A stretch of DNA of 64,000 bases from Macrostomum lignano (GCA_002269645.1 NIVC01000068.1:372001-436000), one strand, 5' to 3'. Shown: positions 34,952-47,639, counted from the stretch's first letter. The notes: generated by a model not told the origin, from the sequence alone. Numbers and translations are program-made.

Positions 34952-35665
34952 CAACAACCTGAGGCTGGCTACTCATGGCGGGACAGATTCTGGCGGGAGT
35001 TGATGCTGGCCGCTCCCAGACTTGAGCTCAGCTTCATCCTATACGGCGAGCCCAGCACCCTGTGGCTCAGCGATTTGGCCAGCCTGCCCACTCCGCCCCC
35101 AGTTCGGGCTCTCTACGTGCAAACTCAGAATGCCGAACAGGAGCTGCCGCTGTTGCTTCGTTGCGTGTCGGCCGGCGCCGGGCTCGAGTACCTGGCCGTC
35201 CACGCGGTCGGGCCGCTTGAAGAGCGCGGCTGGAGCGCCGAGCTGACGCGCCAGCTGCTGACCCTGGCGCCTCGTCTGCGCGGTTTCGCCTACGAAGGCG
35301 GCCGACTGCGGGAACGGGAACTGTTGGCCATTGCTAGGCACTACGGGTCTCAGCTGCGCTGCTTGCATGTGCGATTAGAGGAGCTGCTGGAGTCTGAGCA
35401 GCAGCTGCCTCAGCAGCAGCAGCAGCAGCATCAGTTGATGGAGCTGCCCTCCCATCGACCGTTGCAGCGTCGAAACTACGAAGCTGACTACGGCCTCGTG
35501 CGCGACGTTCTTTATAGTTATCTTCGCGTTGAATGGTCGGCGCTGGCGCCCTCGGCTCATCTGCCGCCGATGCGTCGGCTCGTGCTAGACGATTTTTTTA
35601 ATCCTCTGAGACCGGCAGCTTGTCAGTTCTACCAGCTGGCTAGCAGGGATCACCTGATTAATTGA
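34952..35665 (+). CDS. F-box/LRR protein exon 3 (terminal)
   Basis: CCCGCAG|CAA in frame; WRELMLAAPRLELSF, LEYLAVH, LAPRLRGF and LRCLHVR LRR-like repeats; Gln tract. Confidence 0.8.
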   Translation, partial: QQPEAGYSWRDRFWRELMLAAPRLELSFILYGEPSTLWLSDLASLPTPPPVRALYVQTQNAEQELPLLLRCVSAGAGLEYLAVHAVGPLEERGWSAELTRQLLTLAPRLRGFAYEGGRLRERELLAIARHYGSQLRCLHVRLEELLESEQQLPQQQQQQHQLMELPSHRPLQRRNYEADYGLVRDVLYSYLRVEWSALAPSAHLPPMRRLVLDDFFNPLRPAACQFYQLASRDHLIN

Positions 35666-35705
35666 TGACAGTTGACTAGCGACCACGCTGCGCCAGTCTT
35701 GCCTC

Positions 35706-36340
35706 TGGCGCCAATCTCAGTCTGTTTTAGCGCCAATATTAGTCTGTTTTGGCGCCAATCTCAGTCTGTTTTGGCGCCAATCTCAGTCTGTTTCAGCGCC
35801 AATCTTAGTCACTTTAAATGGCGCCAATCTCTGTCCGTTTTAGCGCCAAATCTCGGTCAGTTTTAGCGCCAATCTCAGTCTTTTTTAGCGCCAATCTCAG
35901 TCAGTTTTAGCGCCAATCTCAGTCTGTTTTAGCGCCAATCTTAGTCACTTTAAATCGCGCCAATCTGTCTGTTTTGGCGCCAATCTAAGTCTGTTTTAGC
36001 GCCAATCTCAGTCTGTTTAGCGCCAATCTCAGTCAATTTTAGCGCCAATTCCAGTCTGTTTTGGCGCCAATCTCAGTCTGTTTTAGCGCCAATCTCAGTC
36101 AGTTTTAGCGCCAATTTCAGTCTGTTTTAGCGCCAATCTTAGTCACTTAAAATCGCGCCAATCTCAGTCTGTTTTGGCGCCAATCTCAGTCAGTTTTATC
36201 GACAATCCCAGTCAGTTTTAGCGCCAATCCCAGTCAGTTTTAGCTCCAATCCCAGTCAGTTTTAGCGACAATCCCAGTCAGTTTTAGCGCCAATCCCAGT
36301 CAGTTTTAGCGCCAATTCCAGTCAGTTTTAGCGCCAAAGC
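35706..36340. repeat. ~22-bp minisatellite TTTTAGCGCCAATCTCAGTCTG
   Basis: Tandem copies directly downstream of the F-box stop codon. Confidence 0.9.
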
Positions 36341-37019
36341 TCAATCAGTTTTTGCGCTAACCTGGCTTTGTTTTAGCGCGGACTTACAGTTAGCGTTAAT
36401 CGACGTTACCTTTTCGCTTTGATCCCTACAGTTATGCAGAATGGCTTTAGTGACTTGGCATCGTCGCAGTCCCTAATTGCTTCGTCTTGTTTGTTTGTAC
36501 CGAGCCGCCTTCTCGGCTACTTTTGATCTAGTCTCTAGCAGCTTTCAATTAGTCAGTCTTTGTTCCATGTCTATTGTTCTTTAATTCCTGCTTTTGTTGT
36601 GTTTTTAGCATAGCAACTAAATATATTTCAGGCACTGTTAGACTAGGTTCAACCTGCTTGCGAATACCTGTGCACTGTCTAATCTGCTTGAAAGCATTTT
36701 TAAAGCTTCGTTTTTTCGCCCTATCCTCATTTTTCTGCTTTTTTAAATCCACGGATGACTATTTGTTGCAGTCTTCTTAAGCGCAGCTTTGCTAAAGTCT
36801 GTTCCTATGATTGTCAGGAATTTTTTGTATGACGTCATCGCGAGTCGCGCTTGATTGGCCTAGTGTGTCGCTAATTGTCTGCCCTATTCGTTTGGTAATT
36901 TGAAATCTCCTTGATTTTTGCAGATCCTGCTTTTTGCTTTTCAATTTTCTTGTTTTCCCATCTTCGTTGCCGCAGCTTTTGTGCTGAGTGATTCTGGTTA
37001 AGAGTATTGAGCTCTCTCA

Positions 37020-37340
37020 TCCCTTCTCCCTCTCCTCTTCCCTCTCGCCCATCTCCACCTCTACCCTCTCCTTCCCTCTCTCCCTCCTCCTCTCCCTCCC
37101 CGTCTCCTTCTCCCTCTCCCTCTTCCTTTCCCTCTCCTCTCCCCCTTCTCCCTCTCCCCCTCTGCCCCTCTGCCCCTCGCTCTCCCTCTCTACCCTCTCC
37201 TTCCCCCTCTCCCTCCCCCTTTCCCTCTACTTCTCTCTCTCTCTCCCTCTCCTCTCCCTACTATTCTCTATCTCCTGGTCTTCGTCTCCTATCTCCTATT
37301 CCTGTCCTCTTCTTCCCTGCCTCCCTCTCCCTTCCCCCTA
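37020..37340. repeat. Polypyrimidine (CT-rich) low-complexity tract
   Basis: Nearly all C/T. Confidence 0.85.
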
Positions 37341-37759
37341 AATTATCTATCCTCGGGTTGGATCGAAGCGTTTTTTATAGACGACAGACTCATTTTCTCG
37401 TGTACAATCATTTGGTCTTTCATTTAATTTACAAATTTCTGTCATTCTAAAATCGCATTTGACTCTTGCGTTAAGGGTTGAATTGCTTTCTCCTGGGCTC
37501 CATCGGTTTGGAAAATGCTAAATTCATGTCTTCATTGTTAGTAAAGTGTCTTCTCCACTCTAAATGGCTGCGAGAATTGCAGGATTCGATTTATTAAATT
37601 GCATATTTCAATTGAATACACGTTAACAGAATTTAATTATTTTTTCCTGAGCTAAGGTCGATGCTGAACCAGATGCCCGTCTCAAATGATTTATGCCAGC
37701 TGCAGACTTCTTGAAATTTCCTGTGTCTCGCGGAACTGATGGCCCGTTCTTGTGGCTGT

Positions 37760-38045
37760 GTCAGCTGTGGTCATAGCGAGCTGTGTGTGTCAGCTGTGGT
37801 CATAGCGAGCTGTTTATTGTGTGTCAGCTGTGGTCATAGCGAGCTGTTTAGTGTGTGTCAGCTGTGGTCATAGCGAGCTGTGTGTGTGTGTCAGCTGTGG
37901 TCATAGCGAGCTGTGTGTGTGTGTCAGCTGTGGTCATAGCGAGCTGTGTGTGTCAGCTGTGGTCATAGCGAGCTGTTTATTGTGTCAGCTGTGGTCATAG
38001 CGAGCTGTTTATTGTGTGTGTCAGCTGTGGTCATAGCGAGCTGTT
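37760..38045. repeat. ~30-bp minisatellite GTGTCAGCTGTGGTCATAGCGAGCTGT(N)
   Basis: About 9 copies with a variable TG/TTAT linker. Confidence 0.9.
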
Positions 38046-38844
38046 TGCCTATGTGCTCATAGTTCTGTCAGTTGCCGTTTTTTAGGAGCAGCATCTGAGC
38101 TGTTCTGAGCTGTGCAAGCGCATCTCAAAACGAGTCGATATTTGATTAAATTTGAGTTCTGGCTCCTCAAAATTTGCATGAATATGAGTTTCTATATGAA
38201 TATATAGCTTGGGTCTTGGATTAAGTGCTCAATATTTACTTGGCTTCCTGCAGGCGTACTGCTACAGCATGCAGTCTCACTGTTTTCCTTAGTAAACTTA
38301 AAATCATCAAGACATCTCTTTGAAGATTACGATGCAGGTGAATACCGGTTTAGGATGTCTGATGGCGCACAATAACTCTTCTTTGAAAAGAACCGTTTAA
38401 TCATTGCTCCATACAGTGGCTTGTTAAAGCTTCTGGTCCACAGTAACAAACACAACGGTCAAGTATCAAGAAAAATTACAGTTAGCACATCAAGCGGCAT
38501 GTTTAGCATTGTAACAAAAGCATTAGCATTGGGGCCTCAATACACAATGAGAATACGGGACTTACATGTAAATTTATGTTATACGGAAAAGCCATTAAAA
38601 ATAATTTAAAGAATTTTAATATCGCACACTTGCGCATTGAAATATTAAATAAAAAAACACGTCACGTAAACTACCTTAGCTGTTGCTAACCTACAGGTAG
38701 GGATTAAAAACTTTTTACAACAATTTACCGCGAGTAGTTCACACTTGGGGTGCAGTGGTTACCAATTCTCTTGAAACTAGTCCGGATTAGTCTCTGCATG
38801 TATTAATATTAATTATGATTTTTTGCCATTATTGTTTAACAACA

Positions 38845-39130
38845 AGCAGGTGCAGTTCAGGTAGCTTTTAGATTAGTTTCACGGTGTCTGGTCTCAAGCA
38901 GGTATAGCAGTTCAGGTAGCTTTTAGATTAGTTTCACGGTGTCTGGTCTCAAGCAGGAGCAGTTCAGGTAGCTTTTAGATTAGTTTCACGGTGTCTGGTC
39001 TCAAGCAGGAGCAGTTCAGGTAGCTTTTAGATTAGTTTCACGGTGTCTGGTCTCAAGCAGGAGCAGTTCAGGTAGCTTTTAGTTTAGTTAACAGTCTTTG
39101 GTCCTCAATCAGGCGCAGTTCAGGTAGCTG
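38845..39130. repeat. 52-bp tandem repeat AGCAGTTCAGGTAGCTTTTAGATTAGTTTCACGGTGTCTGGTCTCAAGCAGG
   Basis: About 5 copies; period measured from 38958 to 39010. Confidence 0.9.
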
Positions 39131-39211
39131 AGTGCAGAGCTCCTTGCGGGTGCAGTACTTATCACTGGCAGTCGGCAGACAACAGGAAATTGACTGCTTA
39201 AAAAGCTTCGG

Positions 39212-39557
39212 CTATTTCCTGACATTCATAGTCACCGCGCTGCTCCTCTGCCGCCTGGACATCTCATCTCCCTGCTGCCGGACACCGTTGACTGATCCTT
39301 CCGGCTCCCTTCTCCAGCTGCACTTGCAGGTCTTGCACAGGTAAAAGTACACGCCAATGTTGGCTAGCGAAATAGCGTTGCACAAAACGTTTGATAGCCA
39401 GAAGAATCGATTAATATCGAAGTTCATTAGCGACAAGATTCGGATGAGCATCACGGGCAGGTAAAGCAGCAGCAGCATGGCGTTCATCACCAGGAAGGCG
39501 ATGAACGGCCTCCAGTAGCGATTCCTGTGTCGGTTGGTGAGTCCTTGAAGCTGCTGT

Positions 39558-39589
<32 letters not shown>

Positions 39590-40327
39590 TTGCTGTTGCT
39601 GTTGCTGAGGTCGCAAATGCAGCCAGAGGATGCGCATCACAGCTATTGAGGCTGCAAATCCCAATACAAACGGCAGCACCGCCTGCAGCGGGACGATCAC
39701 AACCGCGTTGACGATATCGAATGTTGACGACATGTTCGACCCGATCAGTAGCGGCCTGACAACCAGCGGCCCGAACAGGTCATTTGAGCACACCTCGCCT
39801 ACGCTGTAGAAAACCTGCGGCAAAGCAAACAGAGCCGAGTTGGCGCCCAGAAACAACGCGGCTGAGACGAAACTGCGCCATTGTAGCTTCTGGCGGTTGC
39901 GGAACATCCGGTATCTGGCCAGGGCGATCACCGCCACCATCCAGTTGCGGAAGTACAGGCTGGTCTGCGCCAACCAGAGGTTCAGCGACAGAGCCAGACT
40001 GCCCAGCATGCCCCACTGCATCAGAGGAAACTGCCGACAGACGCCGAATATCAGGGTGACGCAACTGTCCGCCACCAGGCAGAATGCGATCACAACATCA
40101 GCGGCAACGTTGACCCGCATCATAGCGGCCATGGCTTGGTCGGTGTTGGCGTTGTCACGTGACAGACAGGCCGCTGCGGTCAGCAGCAGCACGATGGCGA
40201 AGTAGGCCGCGAACAGGACGGCTTGGGTCTCGACTCCATCGCAGTCCGCCCACGACTCGTTGGCGCTGAGCCGCTGGGGCACCTCCGTACAGGCGTTGAA
40301 GCGAAAGAAGAGCGGATAGGGGAGCAT
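39212..40327 (-). CDS. Divergent rhodopsin-family (class A) GPCR with a polyQ loop, single coding exon visible
   Basis: Seven hydrophobic segments; WMVAVIALARY (DRY-like), LPFVL in TM5, YLP in TM6, ANIGVYFYLC in TM7; Gln tract in intracellular loop 3. First ATG at 40327; a 5' exon is possible. Confidence 0.75.
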
Positions 40328-40384
40328 AGCTCTGCGAATGAGGAGAGGAGGAGATGAAAGTTGCACTGCGTGTACTGACTAACT

Positions 40385-43170
40385 CTGTCACTCTGATTTC
40401 CTGGTTCTGTCACTCTGATTTCTTGATTCTGTCACTCTGATTTCCTGGTTCTGTCACTCTGATTTCCTGGTTCTGTCACTCTGATTTTTTGATTTTGTCA
40501 CTCTGATTTCTTGATTTTGTCACTCTGATTTCTTGATTCTGTCACTCTGATTTCTTGATTCTGTCACTCTGATTTCCTGATTCTGTCACTCTGATTTCCT
40601 GATTTTGTCACTCTGTTTTCCTGATTTTGTCACTCTGTTTTCCTGATTTTGTCACTCTGATTTCCTGATTTTGTCACTCTGTTTTCCTAATTCTGTCACT
40701 CTGTTTTCCTGATTTTGTCACTCTGTTTTCCTGATTTTGTCACTCTGTTTTCCTGATTTTGTCACTCTGTTTTCGTGATTCTGTCACTACTTTGTTTTCG
40801 TGATTCTGCCACTACTTTGTTTTCGTGATTCTGTCACTACTTTGTTTTCGTGATTCTGTCACTCTGATTTCTTGATTTTGTCACTCTGATTTCTTGATTT
40901 TGTCACTCTGATTTCTTGATTCTGACACTCTGATTTCTTGATTCTGTCACTCTGATTTCCTGATTTTGTCACTCTGATTTCCTGATTTTGTCACTCTGAT
41001 TTCCTGATTTTGTCACTCTGATTTCCTGATTTTGTCACTCTGATTTCCTGATTCTGTCACTCTGATTTCCTGATTTTGTCACTCTGATTTCCTGATTCTG
41101 TCACTCTGATTTCCTGATTTTGTCACTCTGATTTCCTGATTTTGTCACTCTGTTTTCGTGATTCTGTCACTACTTTGTTTTCGTGATTCTGTCACTACTT
41201 TGTTTTTCGTGATTCTTTCACTACTTTGTTTTCGTGATTCTGTCACTACTTTGTTTTCGTGATTCTGTCACTCTGATTTCTTGATTTTGTCACTCTGATT
41301 TCTTGATTTTGTCACTCTTTTCTTGATTCTGTCACTCTTTTCTTGATTCTGTCACTCTGATTTCCTGATTTTGTCACTCTGATTTCCTGATTCTGTCACT
41401 CTGATTTCCTGATTTTGTCACTCTGATTTCCTGATTTTGTCACTCTGTTTTCGTGATTCTGTCACTACTTTGTTTTCGTGATTCTGTCACTACTTTGTTT
41501 TCGTGATTCTGTCACTACTTTGTTTTCGTGATTCTGTCACTACTTTGTTTTCGTGATTCTGTCACTCTGATTTCTTGATTTTGTCACTCTGATTTCTTGA
41601 TTTTGTCACTCTGATTTCTTGATTCTGTCACTCTGATTTCCTGATTTTGTCACTCTGTTTTCCTGATTTTGTCACTCTGTTTTCCTGATTTTGTCACTCT
41701 GTTTTCGTGATTCTGTCACTACTTTGTTTTCGTGATTCTGCCACTACTTTGTTTTCGTGATTCTGTCACTACTTTGTTTTCGTGATTCTGTCACTCTGAT
41801 TTCTTGATTTTGTCACTCTGATTTCTTGATTTTGTCACTCTGATTTCTTGATTCTGACACTCTGATTTCTTGATTCTGTCACTCTGATTTCCTGATTTTG
41901 TCACTCTGATTTCCTGATTTTGTCACTCTGATTTCCTGATTTTGTCACTCTGATTTCCTGATTTTGTCACTCTGATTTCCTGATTCTGTCACTCTGATTT
42001 CCTGATTTTGTCACTCTGATTTCCTGATTCTGTCACTCTGATTTCCTGATTTTGTCACTCTGATTTCCTGATTTTGTCACTCTGTTTTCGTGATTCTGTC
42101 ACTACTTTGTTTTCGTGATTCTGTCACTACTTTGTTTTTCGTGATTCTTTCACTACTTTGTTTTCGTGATTCTGTCACTACTTTGTTTTCGTGATTCTGT
42201 CACTCTGATTTCTTGATTTTGTCACTCTGATTTCTTGATTTTGTCACTCTTTTCTTGATTCTGTCACTCTTTTCTTGATTCTGTCACTCTGATTTCCTGA
42301 TTTTGTCACTCTGATTTCCTGATTCTGTCACTCTGATTTCCTGATTTTGTCACTCTGATTTCCTGATTTTGTCACTCTGTTTTCGTGATTCTGTCACTAC
42401 TTTGTTTTCGTGATTCTGTCACTACTTTGTTTTCGTGATTCTGTCACTACTTTGTTTTCGTGATTCTGTCACTACTTTGTTTTCGTGATTCTGTCACTCT
42501 GTTTGCAATTCTGTCACTCTTTTCTTGATTCTGTCACACTGTTTTCTTGATTCTGTCACTCTGTTGTCTTGATTCTGTCACTCTGTTTTCTTGATTCTGT
42601 CACTACTTTGTTTTCGTGATTCTGCCACTACTTTGTTTTCGTGATTCTGTCACTACTTTGTTTTCGTGATTCTGTCACTCTGATTTCTTGATTTTGTCAC
42701 TCTGATTTCTTGATTTTGTCACTCTGATTTCTTGATTCTGACACTCTGATTTCTTGATTCTGTCACTCTGATTTCTTGATTCTGTCACTCTGATTTCCTG
42801 ATTTTGTCACTCTGATTTCCTGATTTTGTCACTCTGATTTCCTGATTCTGTCACTCTGATTTCCTGATTTTGTCACTCTGATTTCCTGATTTTGTCACTC
42901 TGTTTTCGTGATTCTGTCACTACTTTGTTTTCGTGATTCTGTCACTACTTTGTTTTCGTGATTCTGTCACTACTTTGTTTTCGTGATTCTGTCACTACAT
43001 TGTTTTCGTGATTCTGTCACACTGTTTTCTTGATTCTGTCACTCTGTTTTCTTGATTCTGTCACTCTGATTTCCTGATTCACTCATTCTGATTTCCAGGT
43101 TCTGTCATTCTGATTTCCTGGTTCTGACATTCTGATTTCTTGATTCTGTCACTCTGATTTCTTGATTCTG
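40385..43170. repeat. 22-23-bp minisatellite CTGTCACTCTGATTTCCTGATT with higher-order structure
   Basis: About 125 units; diagnostic variants recur at roughly 930 and 885 bp intervals. Confidence 0.97.
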
Positions 43171-43989
43171 TCACTCTGCCTTCTTGGTACATTAACGTAT
43201 ACTATAAATACAAGTGTAGAAACATTAACCAGAGTTCCTATGCTGTGCTGTATTTACAAAAACTAGATCAATATTCGGGCCGCGATGCAGATATCTTGCT
43301 TTCAGCTTGGTTCAACGCTTTGGATAGAGAAGAAGATGAGAAGAAACATGTTCTCTCAGCGGTCAGTTGAGTTGCTATACGCTACCCTCTCTGCTCCCTC
43401 CCATATGGTGAAGAACACACACGAGGGCGCGCGTGTGTTCTAGCAGCAGCATATGGACAGACTCTCTTCTGCACCGATTGGTCTTATAGTCCCTGTGTGA
43501 TTAACTGCCCGCTACAGAGTCTCCGGGTCTTGCAGGGGATGCGGGTTAGGGGATGCTACCGCAGCGGGTGTAATACACTTGGCTGAGAGAGAGAAAAAAT
43601 AAAAGCATAACTTACAAAAATGTCTTCTCTCGTGTGTAGTGAGTGCTGAGTACCCTGTGCTCTTCTCTGGCACGTCTGTCGGTATATATGAGCCTGCGTG
43701 AGACTTCCTCTCCTCCCTGTTCTGCCCCATCCCCAGACCCGACCAATCCTGGCTAAGTAATTCTGATTGGAACTTCGAACTAGCCGATCCCTGCCAAGTG
43801 CAATTTTTGCTCGACTCAAAAAAATTTCGGTTATTAAAAATTCTATTGTACCCTTCTGTCTATGGTTTTCAGCAGTAACACCTTCTGGAACAACTCAATT
43901 GTTTGCCGGAAAATTAACGGAGGCATTTGACCATAGAAAAGAATCGAAGCATGGCAACTAAGAACAACAACAAAAGCAACGGAGTGATT

Positions 43990-44533
43990 TTATCCCTCCG
44001 GTAATGATTATTCGGTAGTTAATGATGTTCACCTGGCGACGGACGGACGGTGATTCCAAGTGTCGTTGAATCGTCGCACAAAAACAGATGAGAGACATCG
44101 GCGCGTAGTACGAGCAATGTTCCATCCTGCATGCTTTTGAAGAGACGAATAGAAAAGCCTCAGATAATCGTTCAGGAATCAATCCAGTACACGACTAGCA
44201 GAGCCAAACTCCTGACAGAGCCTTCTCATTGAGGAACTGGCGGAACCTTGCCACGTGAAGTTTTCGTGGAGTCTCGGTCGATTTCGGCACATATTCATTC
44301 TCAATCCTGTCCAGCATTTGCAGATCTTCTCTAGTTAGCCCAGGCAGCACTTTGGTACTGGACGGCGCATTCAAATTGTTGATCTCCAGAACAAAATGAT
44401 TGTTTGACTTTCTGTTGACAAAAGCCAACTCTTGTCCGTGGAAACTCCGCATTATTTCTCCACCAGGAATATTTTCATAGCGAATCATAGCTCCTTTTTC
44501 TATTGGTATTACGAATGAAAGCTCAAAATCCAC
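43990..44533 (-). pseudogene. Crypton/DUF3504-associated (ZMYM/KCTD1-like) relic
   Basis: Across frameshifts the minus strand gives YVPKST...VARFRQFLNEK, LNDYLRLFYSSLQK and YAPMSLICFCATIQRHL...VNII, the N-terminal motif series of Crypton-type tyrosine recombinases. Confidence 0.55.
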
Positions 44534-45356
44534 TAGAGAATTAATTTTTGACAGTTAGGCTAGTCGTCTTCACTGTTCTTTCCAATTACCATAGACGATT
44601 GACTGATTAACTTTACTGCTCTTTCAAAGTGCCATAGACAGAAGAATTGACTAGAAATCCGGCAACAATCATATTTCATACAAAAGGGACAATAACGACA
44701 TAGACAGATTCTTTCATGGTGTAGAGAAAAATACTAAAACTAAACAAACTAAAGACTATTTAATTTGGAGTTAAATTGGTGGAGTAAGTGGGCGCAGGGC
44801 ACAAACCGATATGTTTGTACCAGACATTAACTTAGGGGGTTGAATTGTAGATAATAAAGAGAGGGGGGTGGAGTGCGCGACTGAAGAGAGAGGCGAGACT
44901 GGAGAGCCAATCAGAAGACAGCAAGGGAGAGAGATAAGAATAACAAGATTGAGCTAGATAGTGAGAGAGAAAACAGAGTAAACAGAGACAAGTGAAGGTG
45001 AACTAAGAAATGACTTAGTCGCGACACATGGCAATTGGCAACCATTATGTAAACTGAAGCCGCGTAGCCGCCGAAAAAATCCGTATATATCGTTTTATTG
45101 TACCCTGAGTCCTGACTTTCTGGGCCCTTAAATCAATCCCTTAATACAACAGACTAACATTTACGCCCCGCATGAATCGATCAAAAGTCAAAGTCAAAAC
45201 TTTCATTCAATTTAATGCTTGTATTAAATTGAATGTTTAATGAAATAAATTGCTTTCTTGACAGTGCAGTATTTGACATTGCTTGACATTGACGCGTTCA
45301 GATTTTGCACTCAATTTCGGCAATATGCATTCAAATTCAGCTAAACGTAAAACGAA

Positions 45357-45729
45357 ACAAATGTCGTTCAACACATGTGCAGTGTCACAGGGAACAAAAG
45401 CAGAAAATCGAAGTCACGTCAAGTGTGTGGCCCTTCTTCAGTCCCCATTGATGTGGTTTTCATCAATCCATCCGACGAACCTCGCGCTGGGCGTACACTG
45501 GCTGAATATCGAAGGGATGAGCTGATGCGCTTCGCCGATCTAACAGTGAACGACAGCGTCACTCAGGACAAGTGTCTCCAGTGGTACGTGTACAATCACT
45601 GCTTCAGCTTTGTACCGAGATGCCTGGCCAGGATGCACATCAATGGGGACTGAATGGCCACACTTGACGTGACTTCGATTTTCTGCTTTTGTTCCCTATG
45701 ACACTGCACATGTGTTGGACGACATTTGT
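45357..45729. repeat. Inverted repeat (foldback), ~100-bp arms and ~170-bp spacer
   Basis: ACAAATGTCGTTCAACACATGTGCAGTGTCACAGGGAACAAAAGCAGAAAATCGAAGTCACGTCAAG...CAGTCCCCATTGATGTG is mirrored at 45633-45729. Confidence 0.85.
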
Positions 45730-45740
45730 CAATTTGTCAA

Positions 45741-46400
45741 GTTTGCCAACGCAATGGAGCTTTTGTCTATGGTAGCAAGGCTGGCACACAAGGCATTTAA
45801 TTTGGTCCAACAAGCCTCAATTTGGTCCTAACGCTCGTGAGCCATTGGACAAACTCTTGCCCCCTCGCAACCGTCTGCGGGTTGTTGCGCACCGCTGTAA
45901 TTTCAGCGTCTCTACCAGCAATTTCCAGTCGCTTTTCCAGAGCTCTGCTGATAGTCGAAATCTGATAACCAACTGGAACTGTTCCTTTAACTTCTGCTGC
46001 ATTTCTGCACCGACAACAAAGGGTTCGTCTCAACTGCATTGAGTAAGCAGCTGGACCTGAGGCTCTCGAGCAACTTGCCTTGGCGATTGCCACCCCTTCG
46101 CAGGCGATCTCTGCCGGCAGTGGTTTCAACGCGCTGATGGATGCTGCAAACCATCTATTCTTTTACATTCAGCAACCTTGCAATGTCCTTTGGGTGTTCA
46201 CCTCTGTCGAGCGCTTCGTTCACAAGCCAATGGCATTCGTTCGGCAGCCTAGCATATGGTCCACAGTTCTGGGGCTGGTGTTGCTCCTCCACTGCAGTTG
46301 CAAATGAGGCTATGGACCAAATTGATGCTTGTTGGGCCAAATTAATGCCGCTGTGCCAGCCTTGCTACCATAGACAAAAGCTCCGTTATATTGGCAAACC
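45741..46400 (-). mobile_element. Internally deleted Tc1/IS630-like DNA transposon
   Basis: ~88-bp TIRs (45741-45828 and 46314-46399, with a 32-bp perfect core), TA on the right flank; frameshifted transposase N-terminus RGEHPKDIARLLNVKE...RGGNRQGKL...NP...EMQQKL...STISRAL...RNNPQT. Confidence 0.7.
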
Positions 46401-46659
46401 TATCTTTGATTGTTTAATTGTTAGAGAAATTAGGTCAACGGGTCCAAGTGTGCTGGGCAGGCAAGCAAAGATTGTATACTTTGACCGAATTTGTCTGTTG
46501 AGATGGGGTCTGTAACTGCATGACTGTTTTGGCTGGAGCCTACAGGGTCCTCAGAAACTAATTAAATGCTCATCTGTCCTCAACCGCAGCTGAAATTGAA
46601 AGTCCACCCACTGAACGCAAATTCAGAACATTTTTTCTGTCCATTCGTGTTATAATTCT

Positions 46660-47200
46660 GACAAGAGATGAGTGATAGATTAGATGTGAGATGACTGATA
46701 GATCAGATGTGAGATGAGTGATAGATTAGATGAGACATGACTGATAGATTAGATGTGAGATGACTGATAGATCAGATGTGAGATGAGTGATAGATTAGAT
46801 GTGACATGACTGATAGATTAGATGTGAGATGACTGATAGATCAGATGTGAGATGAGTGATAGATTAGATGTGACATGACTGATAGATTAGATGTGAGATG
46901 ACTGATAGATTAGATGTGACATGAGTGATAGATTAGATGTGAGTTGACTGATAGATTAGATGTGAGATGACTGATAGATCAGATGTGAGATGAGTGATAG
47001 ATTAGATGTGACATGAGTGCTAGATTAGATGTGAATTGACTGATAGATTAAAGGTTGAATGACTAGATTAGATTTGTAATAGCTGATTAGATTTGTAAAT
47101 GTGGATTTTATGCAATGATAGATTAGATGTGAAATGTATACACTGATAGATTAGACCTGGGATGTATAAACTTATAGATTAGATGTGTCTCTTTGATAGG
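46660..47200. repeat. 23-bp minisatellite GATAGATTAGATGTGAGATGACT
   Basis: Tandem copies that decay toward the 3' end. Confidence 0.9.
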
Positions 47201-47639
47201 ATTAGTACTGGGATTTATTAGAATCAAGTTAATATCTAGTCATATAAATCTCATTTGTAATAAACCATTGATGAAGCATTACAAATAGAACATTAAGTAA
47301 GCTTCAAGCAAACGGAAGCAGTAGTTAATGATTAGCTCCCATCCCCGCGGGAACAGGGCTCTTAATGGTGAAGTATTTAAGTCTCAAGGGTGCTGCAGCT
47401 GGGGGAGGGGGCTGCATGGGTTCGGGCGGGGCTAGTTTGAGAGCAAAGTGGAGAGCTAACAACAGAGAGTGCTCATTGCCTTAAATGTTTTACGGTCGGA
47501 GAATACCTGACCAGACAAAAAGCTACACAAAATGAGTCTCTCTCCGCCGTTCGTCATTAATGCATCTATGCAAGGCCGAGGAAAACCAAAGCTATATTCT
47601 AGAGTGGCAATTCTGGCCCCTATAACAGAGAGGAAAGGC

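Noticed and set aside
37760-38045. Repeat resembling the M13 reverse primer site (GGTCATAGCTGTTT), suggesting vector contamination
   Set aside because: It carries a 4-nt insertion, varies between tandem copies, and has no other vector sequence nearby.
43413-43444. 8-bp hairpin followed by CTAG as a Helitron 3' end
   Set aside because: The CTAG overlaps the stem instead of lying about 10 nt downstream, and no 5' end or second copy was found.
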